From Nitrospirota bacterium (GTDB taxonomy: Bacteria; Nitrospirota; UBA9217), in contig CAVVOB010000013.1 in the NCBI GenBank assembly GCA_963749655.1, forward strand, positions 128,001 to 192,000: a DNA stretch of 64,000 bases, read 5' to 3'. The position numbers and the translations under genes are program-made. Positions within the stretch are counted from its first letter, which is position 1; every line of letters starts with the position of its first letter. This document shows positions 39,826-50,151 of this stretch, piece by piece. A model generated the notes under the pieces. The model was not told the origin of the DNA, searched no databases, and saw nothing but the letters and a program-made list of their open reading frames with translations.

Positions 39826-41154
39826 ATGCGCCTTTCCGAACACATATACCGCACCATTTCGACCGTGGCAGGCCCCCTGCTCTTTGTCCAGAACGTGCAG
39901 GCGGCGAGGATCGGCGAGGTCGTGACGGTCCACACCCCCGACGGCAGGAATGTGGAGGCGGAGGTGCTCGAGATCGACGGAGACACCGTGATGGTAGAGG
40001 TCTACGGCTCGACCCAGGGGCTGGACATCGAGCGGACCTCCATATCGTTCACCGATGCGATCAAGAAGGTCCCCCTGTCCGCGGACATCGTGGGAAGGAT
40101 CTTCAACGGCTCCTTCGAACCCAAGGACGGGGAGCCCATGTTTATCCCGGAAACCTGGGCGCCGATCACCGGCGCGCCCATGAATCCGTCGGCGCGCGCC
40201 CGGCCGGAAGACTTCATCGAGACCGGGTTCTCCACCATCGACGGGCTGAACACGCTGGTGCGGGGACAGAAGCTGCCGGTGTTCTCCTGTGCAGGCCTGC
40301 CGTCCAAGGAGGTCGTCGCCTCGATCCTCCGGAACTCCCGGCTCGCGGACACCAAAAAGAAGTTCATCGTCGTCTTCGCCGCGCTGGGGCTCACGTTCCA
40401 TGAATACTCCTTCTACCTGAAGGTGCTCGAGGAGATGCGGACGGGGTTCGTGGCCTTCGTGAACATGGCGGACGAGCCGGTCATGGAGCGGCTCCTCGCG
40501 CCGCGTTTCGCACTGACCGTGGCCGAGTTCCTTGCCTTCGAAAAGGGCATGGACATCCTGGTCATAATCACGGACATGACGAACTATTGCGATGCCCTGC
40601 GCGAGATCTCGACGGCGCGGGAGGAACTGCCGGGCAGGCGCGGCTACCCCGGGTACATGTACTCCGACCTTGCCTCGCTCTACGAACGGGCCGGGCGCAT
40701 ATACGGTCAGGAGGGATCGGTTACCATGCTTCCGGTCGTGACCATGCCCGAGGACGACATTACCCATCCGATCCCCGATCTCACAGGATACATAACGGAA
40801 GGGCAGATCGTTCTGACACGGTCGCTCCATCAGAAGGGGATCTTTCCGCCCGTCGACGTCCTCCCGAGCCTGTCGCGGCTCATGCAGAAAGGGATCGGCG
40901 AAGGCCGCACGCGGGCGGACCACCGGCAGGTGGCGAACAACCTGTACAAGTATTACGCAAAAGGACGGGACCTGCGCAGGCTGGAAGCGATCGTGGGGCG
41001 TGACGGCATGACGAAAGGGGACATCCTCATGCTCGATTTCGCCGACGCTTTCGAGAAGGATTTCGTGGGCCAGAGCGGCGCGCGGCGGACGGTCCAGGAG
41101 ACCCTCGATGCGGGATTGGCGTTGATCAGGAAGTTTTCGCTGGAAATGGTTTAA
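39826..41154 (+). CDS. atpB: A/V-type ATPase subunit B
   Basis: TLVRGQKLP, DMTNYCDALREIS, PGRRGYPGYMY and PIPDLTGYITEGQ. Confidence 0.96.
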   Translation: MRLSEHIYRTISTVAGPLLFVQNVQAARIGEVVTVHTPDGRNVEAEVLEIDGDTVMVEVYGSTQGLDIERTSISFTDAIKKVPLSADIVGRIFNGSFEPKDGEPMFIPETWAPITGAPMNPSARARPEDFIETGFSTIDGLNTLVRGQKLPVFSCAGLPSKEVVASILRNSRLADTKKKFIVVFAALGLTFHEYSFYLKVLEEMRTGFVAFVNMADEPVMERLLAPRFALTVAEFLAFEKGMDILVIITDMTNYCDALREISTAREELPGRRGYPGYMYSDLASLYERAGRIYGQEGSVTMLPVVTMPEDDITHPIPDLTGYITEGQIVLTRSLHQKGIFPPVDVLPSLSRLMQKGIGEGRTRADHRQVANNLYKYYAKGRDLRRLEAIVGRDGMTKGDILMLDFADAFEKDFVGQSGARRTVQETLDAGLALIRKFSLEMV

Positions 41155-41160
41155 AAGCAG

Positions 41161-41283
41161 TTTTGAGTTTTTAGTTTTGAGTTTTGAGTTTTGAATCGAG
41201 GCAAATATGAACCGTATTTTGTCATCACTTAAACTCTGAGGTTTGAGCTCTAAACTCAGAACTCAAAACTCACAACTCAAAAC
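41161..41283. repeat. Inverted heptanucleotide tandem arrays (TTTTGAG)n ... (AAACTCA)n
   Basis: The two arrays are reverse complements. The same family occurs at 6300-6450. Confidence 0.8.
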
Positions 41284-41294
41284 CGGAGTAATTC

Positions 41295-41927
41295 ATGATC
41301 CATCCGACCCGCACGAACCTGCTTCTGCTCAAGGACAAGTCGCGGTCCGTGGTGAACAGCATCGCCATTCTGAAGGCGAGAAAACAGGCGCTCATCAAGG
41401 AATTTCTCGCCGCTACCCTGCCGTTTCTGCGCTCCCGTGAAGACATCAGAAAATCCTACGGCAAGGCGCTCCGCGAGCTGGCATTGGCACTGGGCCGCGA
41501 GGGCAGGGACGTCGTCGCGTCGATCGCCAAAGCAACGATGCGCGAGTTCGGCATCGATGTGATCGAAAAAAGCATCTGGGGGCTCCGGTACAAAGACATC
41601 GTGTTTCACGACGCGCCGGTGCGGGACGCCGACAAACGCGGCTATGATGAGCGGGGCACCACGCCGCACCTGGAGGAGGGGACCGGGCTGTTCGAGAAAC
41701 TGCTTGAGGCGATGCTGAACATCGCCGCCTACGAGAGCAAGCTCAAGCGTCTCGGTGACGAGATCATGCGCACGTCGAGAAGGATCAAGGTGCTGGAAGA
41801 GATGGTGCTGCCCGGCCTCAAGCTCCAGATCCGAACTATCACGCAGTACATCGGCGAGCGGGAGCGCGAATCGTTCTATCGGCTGAAGAGGGTGAAAGAG
41901 CTGCTGTCGGAAAAGGCCGGGGATTAG
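41295..41927 (+). CDS. atpD: A/V-type ATPase subunit D
   Basis: IHPTRTNLL, ILKARKQAL, EIMRTSRRIKVLE and ERERESFYRLK. Confidence 0.94.
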   Translation: MIHPTRTNLLLLKDKSRSVVNSIAILKARKQALIKEFLAATLPFLRSREDIRKSYGKALRELALALGREGRDVVASIAKATMREFGIDVIEKSIWGLRYKDIVFHDAPVRDADKRGYDERGTTPHLEEGTGLFEKLLEAMLNIAAYESKLKRLGDEIMRTSRRIKVLEEMVLPGLKLQIRTITQYIGERERESFYRLKRVKELLSEKAGD

Positions 41928-41964
41928 TTTGTGTGTCAAGGACTTCAATAAGCAAGAATTTTTT

Positions 41965-42056
41965 ACCGCGAAGGCGCGAGGGACGCGAGGAGGTAAATTC
42001 TGAATTAAAATTAAAGGGGTATAGGCCGTCCTGGCGACCTTTGCGCCCTCGCGGTT
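41965..42056. repeat. Palindromic repeat with 9-bp tandem arms
   Basis: accgcgaaggcgcgagggacgcgagg ... cctggcgacctttgcgccctcgcggt. Confidence 0.7.
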
Positions 42057-42226
42057 CCATGCCTTGATTCATCGGGAAAAAGTAGCAGCAATGACATGCC
42101 CTCCGCGTTTTGGACCCCGGAAAACCCACCTTATCCATCCTCTTTCAGCAAGCAGCCGACCGGCCTTCATCAGTGGTGATAAAATAAGATCAGGATTACC
42201 TGAAAGGTATTCCGGGCGAAGATAAT

Positions 42227-43675
42227 TTGATGAAAGTCAGTTCTGCATACGAGTGGATTAAGATAGCAGTCCCGCTATCGGCCGTCGTGCTGCTTCTCTT
42301 GCACGGCTGCGGCACAAAAAACACAGGTTCCACGGCAACGTCGCCGGTGGTGGCGATCAGCATAACACCGGGAACGCCCAGCATTGCACCCAACACGACG
42401 TTGCAACTGGCCGCATCGGGCAAACGGGCCGACGGTTTAAGCGGCGCCCTGACGGCGCTGGTGACCTGGGGAAGCTCGAATCCCTCCATTGCTTCGGTGG
42501 ACAGCAAGGGTTTGGCGACAGCCCTGAGCGCTGGTTCGACAACGATCTCTGCGCAGTCCGGATCGCTGGCGGGTACTGTCACGCTGACCGTATCGCCGGT
42601 CGGCGCCCTGGCTGTGACGCCTTCTTCGCAGACCATCGCCGTTGGCACGACGTTTCAGTTCACTGCAACGGCGACTTTGCTGAACGGAGCAACGCAGGAC
42701 CTCACTACGTTCGTTACCTGGGCGTCATCAGACACGAGCGTAGCGACCACAGCACGCGGTCTGGCGACCGCTTCTTCCACGACAACGGGAGCGACTACTC
42801 TATCGGCTTCGTGGAGCGGCATTACGGGAACAGCGAGTCTTAGCGTCTCTTTAGTATCGTCGATCGCGGTCAGCCCGGCAAGCGCATCCATCATTCTGGG
42901 AACATCCCAGCAGTTTACTGCTATGGGAGTGCTGTCCACGGGCGGCTCGACGCAGGACCTGACATCGTGGGCTGCCTGGACGTCGACGTCGCCTGCCGTG
43001 GCATCGGTCAGCAGCACGGCTGGATCGAAAGGCCTGGCAATTTCCGCATCAGCAGGGACGACGTTTATCAGCGCAACCTATGCAGGAGTTGTCTCGAATG
43101 CAGCGATCTTGACGGTCACCGCCGCGGTCATCAATTCCATCGCAGTTACCCCGGTGAGCGCGAGTGTTGCGGTCGGCGGCACCCAGCAGTTTGTTGCCAT
43201 GGGAACCTATTCCGACGGCACCCAGAAGGACATCAGCGCTGCGGCAACGTGGACTTCAAATGCTCCAGCGGTTGCGACTATAAGTAATGCCGCCGGGTCC
43301 AACGGCCTGGCAACGGCAAAGGCGGCAGGGACGACGAGCATTTCCGCTTCCTTCTCGGGAAAGACTTCAAACAGCGCCGCCATGACGGTCATTCCGGCGG
43401 TGCTGATGTCCATGACCCTGTCACCGGCGAATCCCAGCATGGTCATGGGCACGGTCGTGCAATTCACCGCCATCGGCACCTTATCCGACGGCACGACAAC
43501 AGACTTGACCTCGTCGGCGACCTGGACCTCATCCAACCAGCAGGTTGCGACCGTGAGCGATCAGGTGGGTTCCAAAGGCCTTGCCACGTCCGCCGCCGTC
43601 ACGGGAACGTCGACAATAACCGCGACATCGGGACCGGTCTCGGGAAGCACCGTCCTGACAGTTACACTCTTCTGA
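42227..43675 (+). CDS. Lipoprotein with five bacterial Ig-like (Big_2) domains
   Basis: Lipobox LLHGC. Five repeats of the form I.V.P...QF.A.G...DLT...W.S....VA.....GLA, rich in Ser/Thr. Confidence 0.88.
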   Translation: MMKVSSAYEWIKIAVPLSAVVLLLLHGCGTKNTGSTATSPVVAISITPGTPSIAPNTTLQLAASGKRADGLSGALTALVTWGSSNPSIASVDSKGLATALSAGSTTISAQSGSLAGTVTLTVSPVGALAVTPSSQTIAVGTTFQFTATATLLNGATQDLTTFVTWASSDTSVATTARGLATASSTTTGATTLSASWSGITGTASLSVSLVSSIAVSPASASIILGTSQQFTAMGVLSTGGSTQDLTSWAAWTSTSPAVASVSSTAGSKGLAISASAGTTFISATYAGVVSNAAILTVTAAVINSIAVTPVSASVAVGGTQQFVAMGTYSDGTQKDISAAATWTSNAPAVATISNAAGSNGLATAKAAGTTSISASFSGKTSNSAAMTVIPAVLMSMTLSPANPSMVMGTVVQFTAIGTLSDGTTTDLTSSATWTSSNQQVATVSDQVGSKGLATSAAVTGTSTITATSGPVSGSTVLTVTLF

Positions 43676-43975
43676 CAAAACAATTCGCAATTCAAAATTC
43701 GCAAGTTGATACTTGTCTAAATCGCCGAATTATCGTAATGTCGTTGTGCGGGAGTTTCCTTCCGGATGCGGTTAGACCTTATCACATTCTCCCGTTCATG
43801 ACCGCTTGACCTGAATTTTATCTGCAATGCCGTCCTCTCATGGAGGCCTCTTCTCAGCGGAGAAAGAGCCGGGTGAGGGAATTTCCGGAATTTGTATAAC
43901 GATTAGTATGGTAATTTGGATCAACCTAATGCTCCACGCGGTCCGCTGCCGGTGCGTGAACTCCTCGTGATATCT

Positions 43976-45353
43976 GGATCTTCTGACTTTCCTGTGGGTC
44001 ACTAAGAAGCATATATATGGATATAAGGCCCATTTGAAGCTGCTTTTAACGATTTATTGCTCTTTGATAACTTGACACGTTTCGGTGCAAAGGGTATCGT
44101 CTTGCCTTATGAAGAAGACCACCCTTAGCTCGCTCTATAGCTTTCCGGGATTTCGAGCCCAGTCACGGTTAAAGGATGACCCGGACGATCCCGGTGGTCG
44201 TATTATCATCCTGCGACGACGGCAAAAAAAACTACCTGTTCCTGTGGCAGTAGCCGACGAGGCTTCTACGATCGCGTCAACCATCGGGTCAGAGATCTGG
44301 ACTCCGGCGGCATTCGGATCTCTCTTGAGTTCGAGTATCGCCGCATATTCTGCCGGAGGTGCCAAGCCGTGAAGCGAGAGACCCTTGCCTGGCTGGCATC
44401 ATCCAAGAGATTCACCGGACGGTTCGAACAGGCCATTGGGCGTCAGTGTCGTGAAATGTCCATATCGCGAGTAGCTGAGATGAACCGCTTAAGCTGGGAC
44501 CAGGTCCAGCGCATCGAGAAAAGCTACATGCGTGATTTGCTGGCGAAGCACCCGCCGTCCAAGGACCTTCGCGTGATCGGCATCGATGAAATATCCATCC
44601 GTAAGGGCCATACCTATGCAATCGTTGTTGCCGATCTGGATCAGCAGCGCCCGATATGGCTTGGCGGCAACGGCCGCAAGGAAGAGGATTTAGACCTCTT
44701 CTTCAATGAAATTGGACCGGATATATCGAAGGGCATCAAGCTGGCGGTCATGGATATGTGGAAGCCTTTCAGAAACGCTACTAAACACCATGCACCGGAC
44801 GCTCAGCTCGTCTTCGACAAGTTCCATGTACTCCGGCACCTGTCGTTCGCCTTGGATGAGGTTAGGCGGAGCGAATACAAACGTGTCAATGACAAAGAAC
44901 GACGGTTCATCAAGGGCCAGCGCTATACGCTGCTTTCAAACCGGGACAACCTGGATATGAATGGCAAGCGGGCTTTGAAACTCCTACTCAAGGCCAATAG
45001 CCGCCTTCACAAGGCTTATTTACTCAAGGAATCTTTCGGCCAGCTGTGGTCATACAACAATCCGACCTGGGCACGGAAGTTCTTTGAGAACTGGAAAGAA
45101 CAGCTTCGCTGGAGCCGCTTGGAACCGTTTCAAAAGTTTGCTGCAATGATCGAACGCCACTGGGATGGAATCATCAGTTACTGTCATCCCGACAACAAGG
45201 TCTCCCTCGGGTTCATGGAGGGATTAAACAACAAGATTCGGGTAATTCAACGTCGGGCTTATGGCATAAAGGATAAAGAGTATCTTCAGCTGAAGGTGCT
45301 GACTTCCTTTCTCCCAGATGCTATAAATGACCCACACTAAACCCGGAAGACCC
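43976..45353 (+). mobile_element. Complete ISL3-family insertion sequence (1378 bp)
   Basis: 26-bp imperfect IRs (20/26 match) starting with GG. 8-bp TSD TGATATCT at 43968-43975 and 45354-45361. Confidence 0.93.
44109..45340 (+). CDS. ISL3 transposase needing a -1 frameshift at A8 (44224-44231)
   Basis: MKKTT...RRRQKK, then the -1 frame gives TTCSCG...YDR..RVRDL...CRRC. Downstream motifs are GIDEIS, MDMW, DKFHV and EGLNNKI..RRAYG. Confidence 0.9.
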
Positions 45354-45368
45354 TGATATCTTAAGGAG

Positions 45369-45872
45369 ATGGTGATGCGTTTTTTACTATTGTCGTCATT
45401 ATTGTTGATGGTGCATCCTCCGGTTGCAACGGCAGAGCCAAGTGCAATAATACTGTCGGACACAGCCGGATGTCCAAAGAACAATCCATTCAAGGAAGAC
45501 AACTTGAAGGTCATAGTTCAAGACGATGAAAAACTGCTTGAGAGCAAAAACTTTTGTTCGTCATACGGCGAGGCAACTGCGGAAATTGAAAAAGACGCTC
45601 AAGGAGTTTCCTTCCTCCTTCTTCGTTATGAAATAGGGAGAGGCATACATGCTAGAAACGAATATCTTGCTGTTTATAAAGTTGATCGTTATTAGATCGA
45701 ACATTGCATTATCCCGATATCCGCACCTGCCGGGCCGCAGAGCGAATGGCGGTACAAGTATCACGTCTCAAAACCATCATCCGGCGGTTTGAGATTGAAC
45801 ATGACGCTGGATGTCGGCAAAGATGCCGAGCTGTTTCCCGCTGACAAATCCCGGCAGATTGAAGTGAGATAG
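45369..45872 (+). pseudogene. Secreted protein interrupted by an in-frame TAG
   Basis: AAGGAG RBS and signal peptide. TAG at 45693-45695 is followed by 58 further sense codons in the same frame. Confidence 0.6.
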
Positions 45873-46126
45873 TGAAATGTCGGGTGTCTCTGAAAGACGC
45901 GCCCTTCAAGCGCAATCGTGCGCGAGTAAAAATGGTCTGAAAGAAGCAGAGTCGTTGAACATATTTCTCCTTGCTCCTTTCGCTCAAGTAGGGTATTCTC
46001 GACCTATCGGGAGAACACCGTAGAGAAGTTTTCCCTTTCACCGAAGACCCTCCCTGGCAGCAGTTTTTCGAGTCAATAAAATAAGAAAAGCACAAACAGA
46101 AGCAGCGTCCCGCTATCGGTGCGTTT

Positions 46127-48514
46127 ATGCAGAATACCATGTCAAAATTTCAATACACCCTTCTGATCGGGGCCTTCTCGTTCTACGCCGCTATCACACT
46201 CTTCGGTTTTAATGCGCTCTACGAATCGCCCTATACCGGTCTCAGGCTGACGCCCTGGAGAGAAAAAATTCTTGTCGAAGGCGTTGATTCAGGCAGCCCG
46301 GCAGACATTAGCGGTGTCCGGTTCGGGGATAGACTGATAACGGTAAATGGCGATGAGATCCCCCCTATTGTTTTTTTTGAAGAGCCCGATCATCTTCGGT
46401 GGAAAAAAGACCGGTCGGTTTTCCGGCACTGGCGGGAGCGGTTTGACGAAACGATCGACAAAGGGAGATTCCTGACCCTTGGGATCCAGAGGGCCGGGGA
46501 ACATATCACGGTCTCTTTCATTCCAACACAGTTTCCGTTCAGCAGGGCCTTGCTCAGAACCCTGCCGGCATATGCTGTCGCGTGGGCCTCGACGGTGCTA
46601 GCCCTGATCGTACTGCGGAAAAAACAGGACGAGGTTGCCCGGCTAAATGTCATGATGTGGTACGTGACAGGCATTGTCGGCATCACGTTGACACCCTACA
46701 CCGTGCGTGACATTGCCTTCCCGACAGACGCCATGCTGACGCTGTCCCGGATCAATCGCCTTGCAATGTTTTTTTCGGTCTTCGCATGGATCAATTTTAT
46801 CCTCGTATTCCCGCGGAGGAGAAAGGTGCTTGATGTCTATCCCGGGATAGGAGTGGGTTTATACGCGGCAGCAGTACTGCTGACCCTTCTCGATCTTGCC
46901 GGCGCATTCGACGATACGTTTGTTCTCTCTTATAGCGCGGTCGGAGGAGGCGGCGCAATTATCGCATTCCGGCTCATATACGATCTGGTGAAAGAACGGG
47001 ACTCGTCTTCAGAGAAGCAGATCCAGTGGGTCGTTTTCGGCATAGCGGGCGGGGACCTTGTTCAGTCTCTTGATTCTGCACTTTATCCCGCTTCTGCTGG
47101 GTTTGCCGTGCCATAAGCGACGGGTCGGCATATCTTCTTCTGGTCTTCGCGGCGGCGGGGTTTGCTTTTGCCATCACGCGCTACCGTCTGATGGACATCG
47201 ATACGATCGTCGATCAAGCCATCATTTTCGGTCTGACCATTCTCATCCTGGAAGGTCTCGAGCTTGCGTTCTTCGGGCTCATCGCGCCCCGCTTCCCCGT
47301 AGCATTGAGCGCGCCATATCTGTCGATCGCGACGATTCTTCTGATCGTATTTCTTTATCTGCCGGTGCGGAATCGGGTGAAAAGGGGAGTGGAACGGCTG
47401 TTTAAACGGGGCATCTATGACAGCGAGGAAGAGCTGAGGAAATTCACGTTCCTTCTCGGCGCGTGCGACCATACGCCGGCAATGGAGAAATTTACCGCCT
47501 TTGTGCGGGAGCTCTTGGGCGCACGCGGAGTGCGGATCGTAATGCTCGAGGAGCATGCCGGTTTACCGGGCCGGAGCTGGCAGCGGGTCGCTGTCCGGAG
47601 ATACGGGTCACCGGACATCAGCGCGAAACATTTAGCCGGCTATTTTCAAAGCAGAAGAAATTCGTCGTTCGGGTACGAAATCGTGGAAAGCGGCCTTCGA
47701 GCGCGCCGAGCCGTCGAGGGATATGGCAGCGTCGCTTTTCGTTCCTTTTTTTGTCGCCGACGAATGCACCGGTGTCGTGGTCCTTTTACCGAAGTGGAAC
47801 GGGACCGTGTATTCAAGAAAAGACCGGTCCTTGCTCGAGGCCTGCGCAGTAGCATGCTCCTACGCGCTGGCTGCGGAGCGGAAGCGGGCGGAACTGGAGC
47901 AGGAAAGGACGCGGCTTGCCCGCGAGATCCATGACGGCATCAGCTCCGAGTTCTCCGGCATTCTCTCCTATGGCGAGAAAGGCGGTCAATGCATCGGCGA
48001 CGGGATGTCGGCTGCATCTGCGGAGGAATTGTTCTCCAGGATCGTAACCTCCTCGCGGCGCGGCCTGCAGGAGCTCCGGAACATCGTCTGGGCGCTTAAT
48101 ACGGAACGTCAGTCCCTCGGTTACCTGGCCGCGTATGTAAAACGCTTTACTGCGGATTTCCTTGATGCAGGCGGGATCGCCCTATCCATGCGCAACCCCG
48201 ACGACCGTGAGAATGTGATGCTGCCGCCGACCATCTCACTGACCTTGTTTCGCATCGTCCAGGAACTGTGTCACAATGCACTGAAATATTCAGGCGCCGC
48301 GTGCGTTACAGTGGACCTCCGCACAGCAAGGGGCCTGATCGCGCTCTCCTTCGCAGATGACGGCAAAGGCTATGACCCCGGCCTTCCTCCGGCGGGCACG
48401 GGCAATGGTCTTCGGAACATCGAAAAGCGCGTGGAGGAACTCGGCGGTACGCTACAGATCAAAACGGCCCCGGGAAAAGGGACCATGGTAGCCGTGCAGG
48501 TCCCCCTGCCGTGA
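46127..48514 (+). pseudogene. Membrane sensor histidine kinase (PDZ, TMs, HisKA_3, HATPase) with at least three frameshifts
   Basis: SPA...GDRLITVNG PDZ, RYRLMDID, ERTRLAREIHDG, QELCHNALKYS, DDGKG and GLRNI. +1 shifts near 47052, 47109 and 47694. Confidence 0.82.
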
Positions 48515-48559
48515 CATCCCAGTTTGGGCGATTGTAAAAAAAATCGTCAGGGAGTATTG

Positions 48560-49214
48560 TTGAACTCCAGGAATATTCTGATCGTCGAAGACCACGAGCC
48601 GACCCGCAACCGCCTCGCAACCATGCTCAAAGGCCGCAAGGGGTATGCGGTCATAGCCGCGTTCGGGGACGCCGAATCCGCCCTGGAACGGCTCAAGACC
48701 GAGATCCCCGATCTGATCATCATGGACCTCGGACTGCCGGGCATGTCGGGCATCGAGGCGATCACGGCTATCAAGAGCCTGTATCCGGCTGTCGAGATAC
48801 TGGTTTTCACGGTGATGGAAGACGACGACAAGGTCTTTGCATCATTGCGCGCTGGAGCCTCGGGATATCTTCTGAAGGACTGCGACGCCCCAGCAGATTT
48901 TCACGTCGCTTGATGAATTAGAATCCGGCGGCGCGCCCATGTCCTTTTCCATTGCGCGCAAGGTCCTGGGCGAGTTCCAGAGGGTCGCCCTCGGAGGACG
49001 CCCTGTCCGATATCATCCCCCCCTGTCGTCCCGGGAGACCGCGATTCTCGAAATGCTGTACAAGGGCGACAGCTATAAAGAGATTGCGGACAAGCTGTCC
49101 CTGAGCATCCATACGGTCCACACCCATATAAAAAATACTTACGTCAAGCTCCACGTCAATTCCCGCTCCCAGGCCATCTATGAGGCGTGCAGGCAGAAAA
49201 TCATCAAGCGATAG
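48560..49214 (+). pseudogene. NarL/LuxR response regulator with one frameshift
   Basis: IVEDH, MDLGLPG and GASGYLLKD. Removing the T at 48881 restores ATPQQI...GGAPMS and the HTH (LSSRE...EIADKL..SIHTVHTH). Confidence 0.85.
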
Positions 49215-49373
49215 CTGTTGGTATCTCATTTAGCTCGATTCAGAAAATCCCCGGTAAATGCCCTGTTGCGCCTGTTCTCCTGTAATTTATTGTTGCCATT
49301 CCCGGTTTTGGCGAATTGACGGAACCCTCTCACTCCCCATAAACGGCTTTATTAAAACAAGGAGGAAATAGCC

Positions 49374-49508
49374 ATGCCGTCAACTCTTATGAAGAAGCCT
49401 GCAGGAGGAATGCTTTTCGCTGCTGTATTCCTGGTTTTCGGCTGCAGCGGCGACCAGTATGACGCGATCGCATTGCAGTATGCGGGCAATAATGCCTTTC
49501 GGTCCTGA
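49374..49508 (+). pseudogene. 44-aa lipoprotein, probably a truncated remnant
   Basis: AAGGAGG RBS. MPSTLMKK...VFLVFGC lipobox, then only about 20 residues before TGA. Confidence 0.45.
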
Positions 49509-49968
49509 TCCATGAAGGGGAGTAGACAATTCGATAGGCATAATCGCTCGATCAACATATAACTCATAATTTCAGGGAACGTGTCCTTTGCATTGAATAG
49601 AACTCGATTGCAATTTTGACTGTATGGGTAATAAGACACTGGAGCAGGAGAGATATTAAAAAGGGCGAGGAGAAGGCAAGGAGGCATTAACGAGGGAAAT
49701 TGCAGGAAATTGATGACGTTCCTTCTATAGATTAGGGGGGAATGACGATACTCTGCAGGACTTATTTCTCCTTTTTGTCCTTGACGCCAGCTAATATTCC
49801 CGCTTGTTGTATACCGTCAGGTATCAGGGATGGTCCTCGTCGTCCGGATAGGTCTCCGTCGAAGGACAGGGGTAATCGCGCATGGCGTGGAAGGATATGG
49901 GATCGATGACGTCGGTTACGCCGAAATATTGCAGCATGGGTCGGACTTTAGGATATCCGCATCGAACG

Positions 49969-50019
49969 CAAAAAGAGCGACACTGAGGGTTATCACGCTG
50001 AGCGCTGCCCTCAGTGTCG
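49969..50019 (-). terminator. Intrinsic terminator of the cytochrome operon
   Basis: 12-bp perfect stem cgacactgaggg / ccctcagtgtcg followed by CTCTTTTT on the minus strand. Confidence 0.7.
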
Positions 50020-50041
50020 TTTGTATGGCCCTGCCGCGCAC

Positions 50042-50107
50042 TTAACAGGGATGCACCACCGCGCTCCCGACGATTTTGGGAGCCACATACTTGATTTTAC
50101 CTTTCAC
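50042..50107 (-). CDS. 21-aa peptide MKGKIKYVAPKIVGSAVVHPC, candidate RiPP precursor, absent from the ORF track
   Basis: AAGGAGGT RBS, GTG start and TAA stop. It lies between the upstream gene and the terminator. Confidence 0.68.
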   Translation of the reverse strand: MKGKIKYVAPKIVGSAVVHPC

Positions 50108-50151
50108 GCTCCACCTCCTTTCCTGGACGCCTCATTATCGCATGCGGAATA

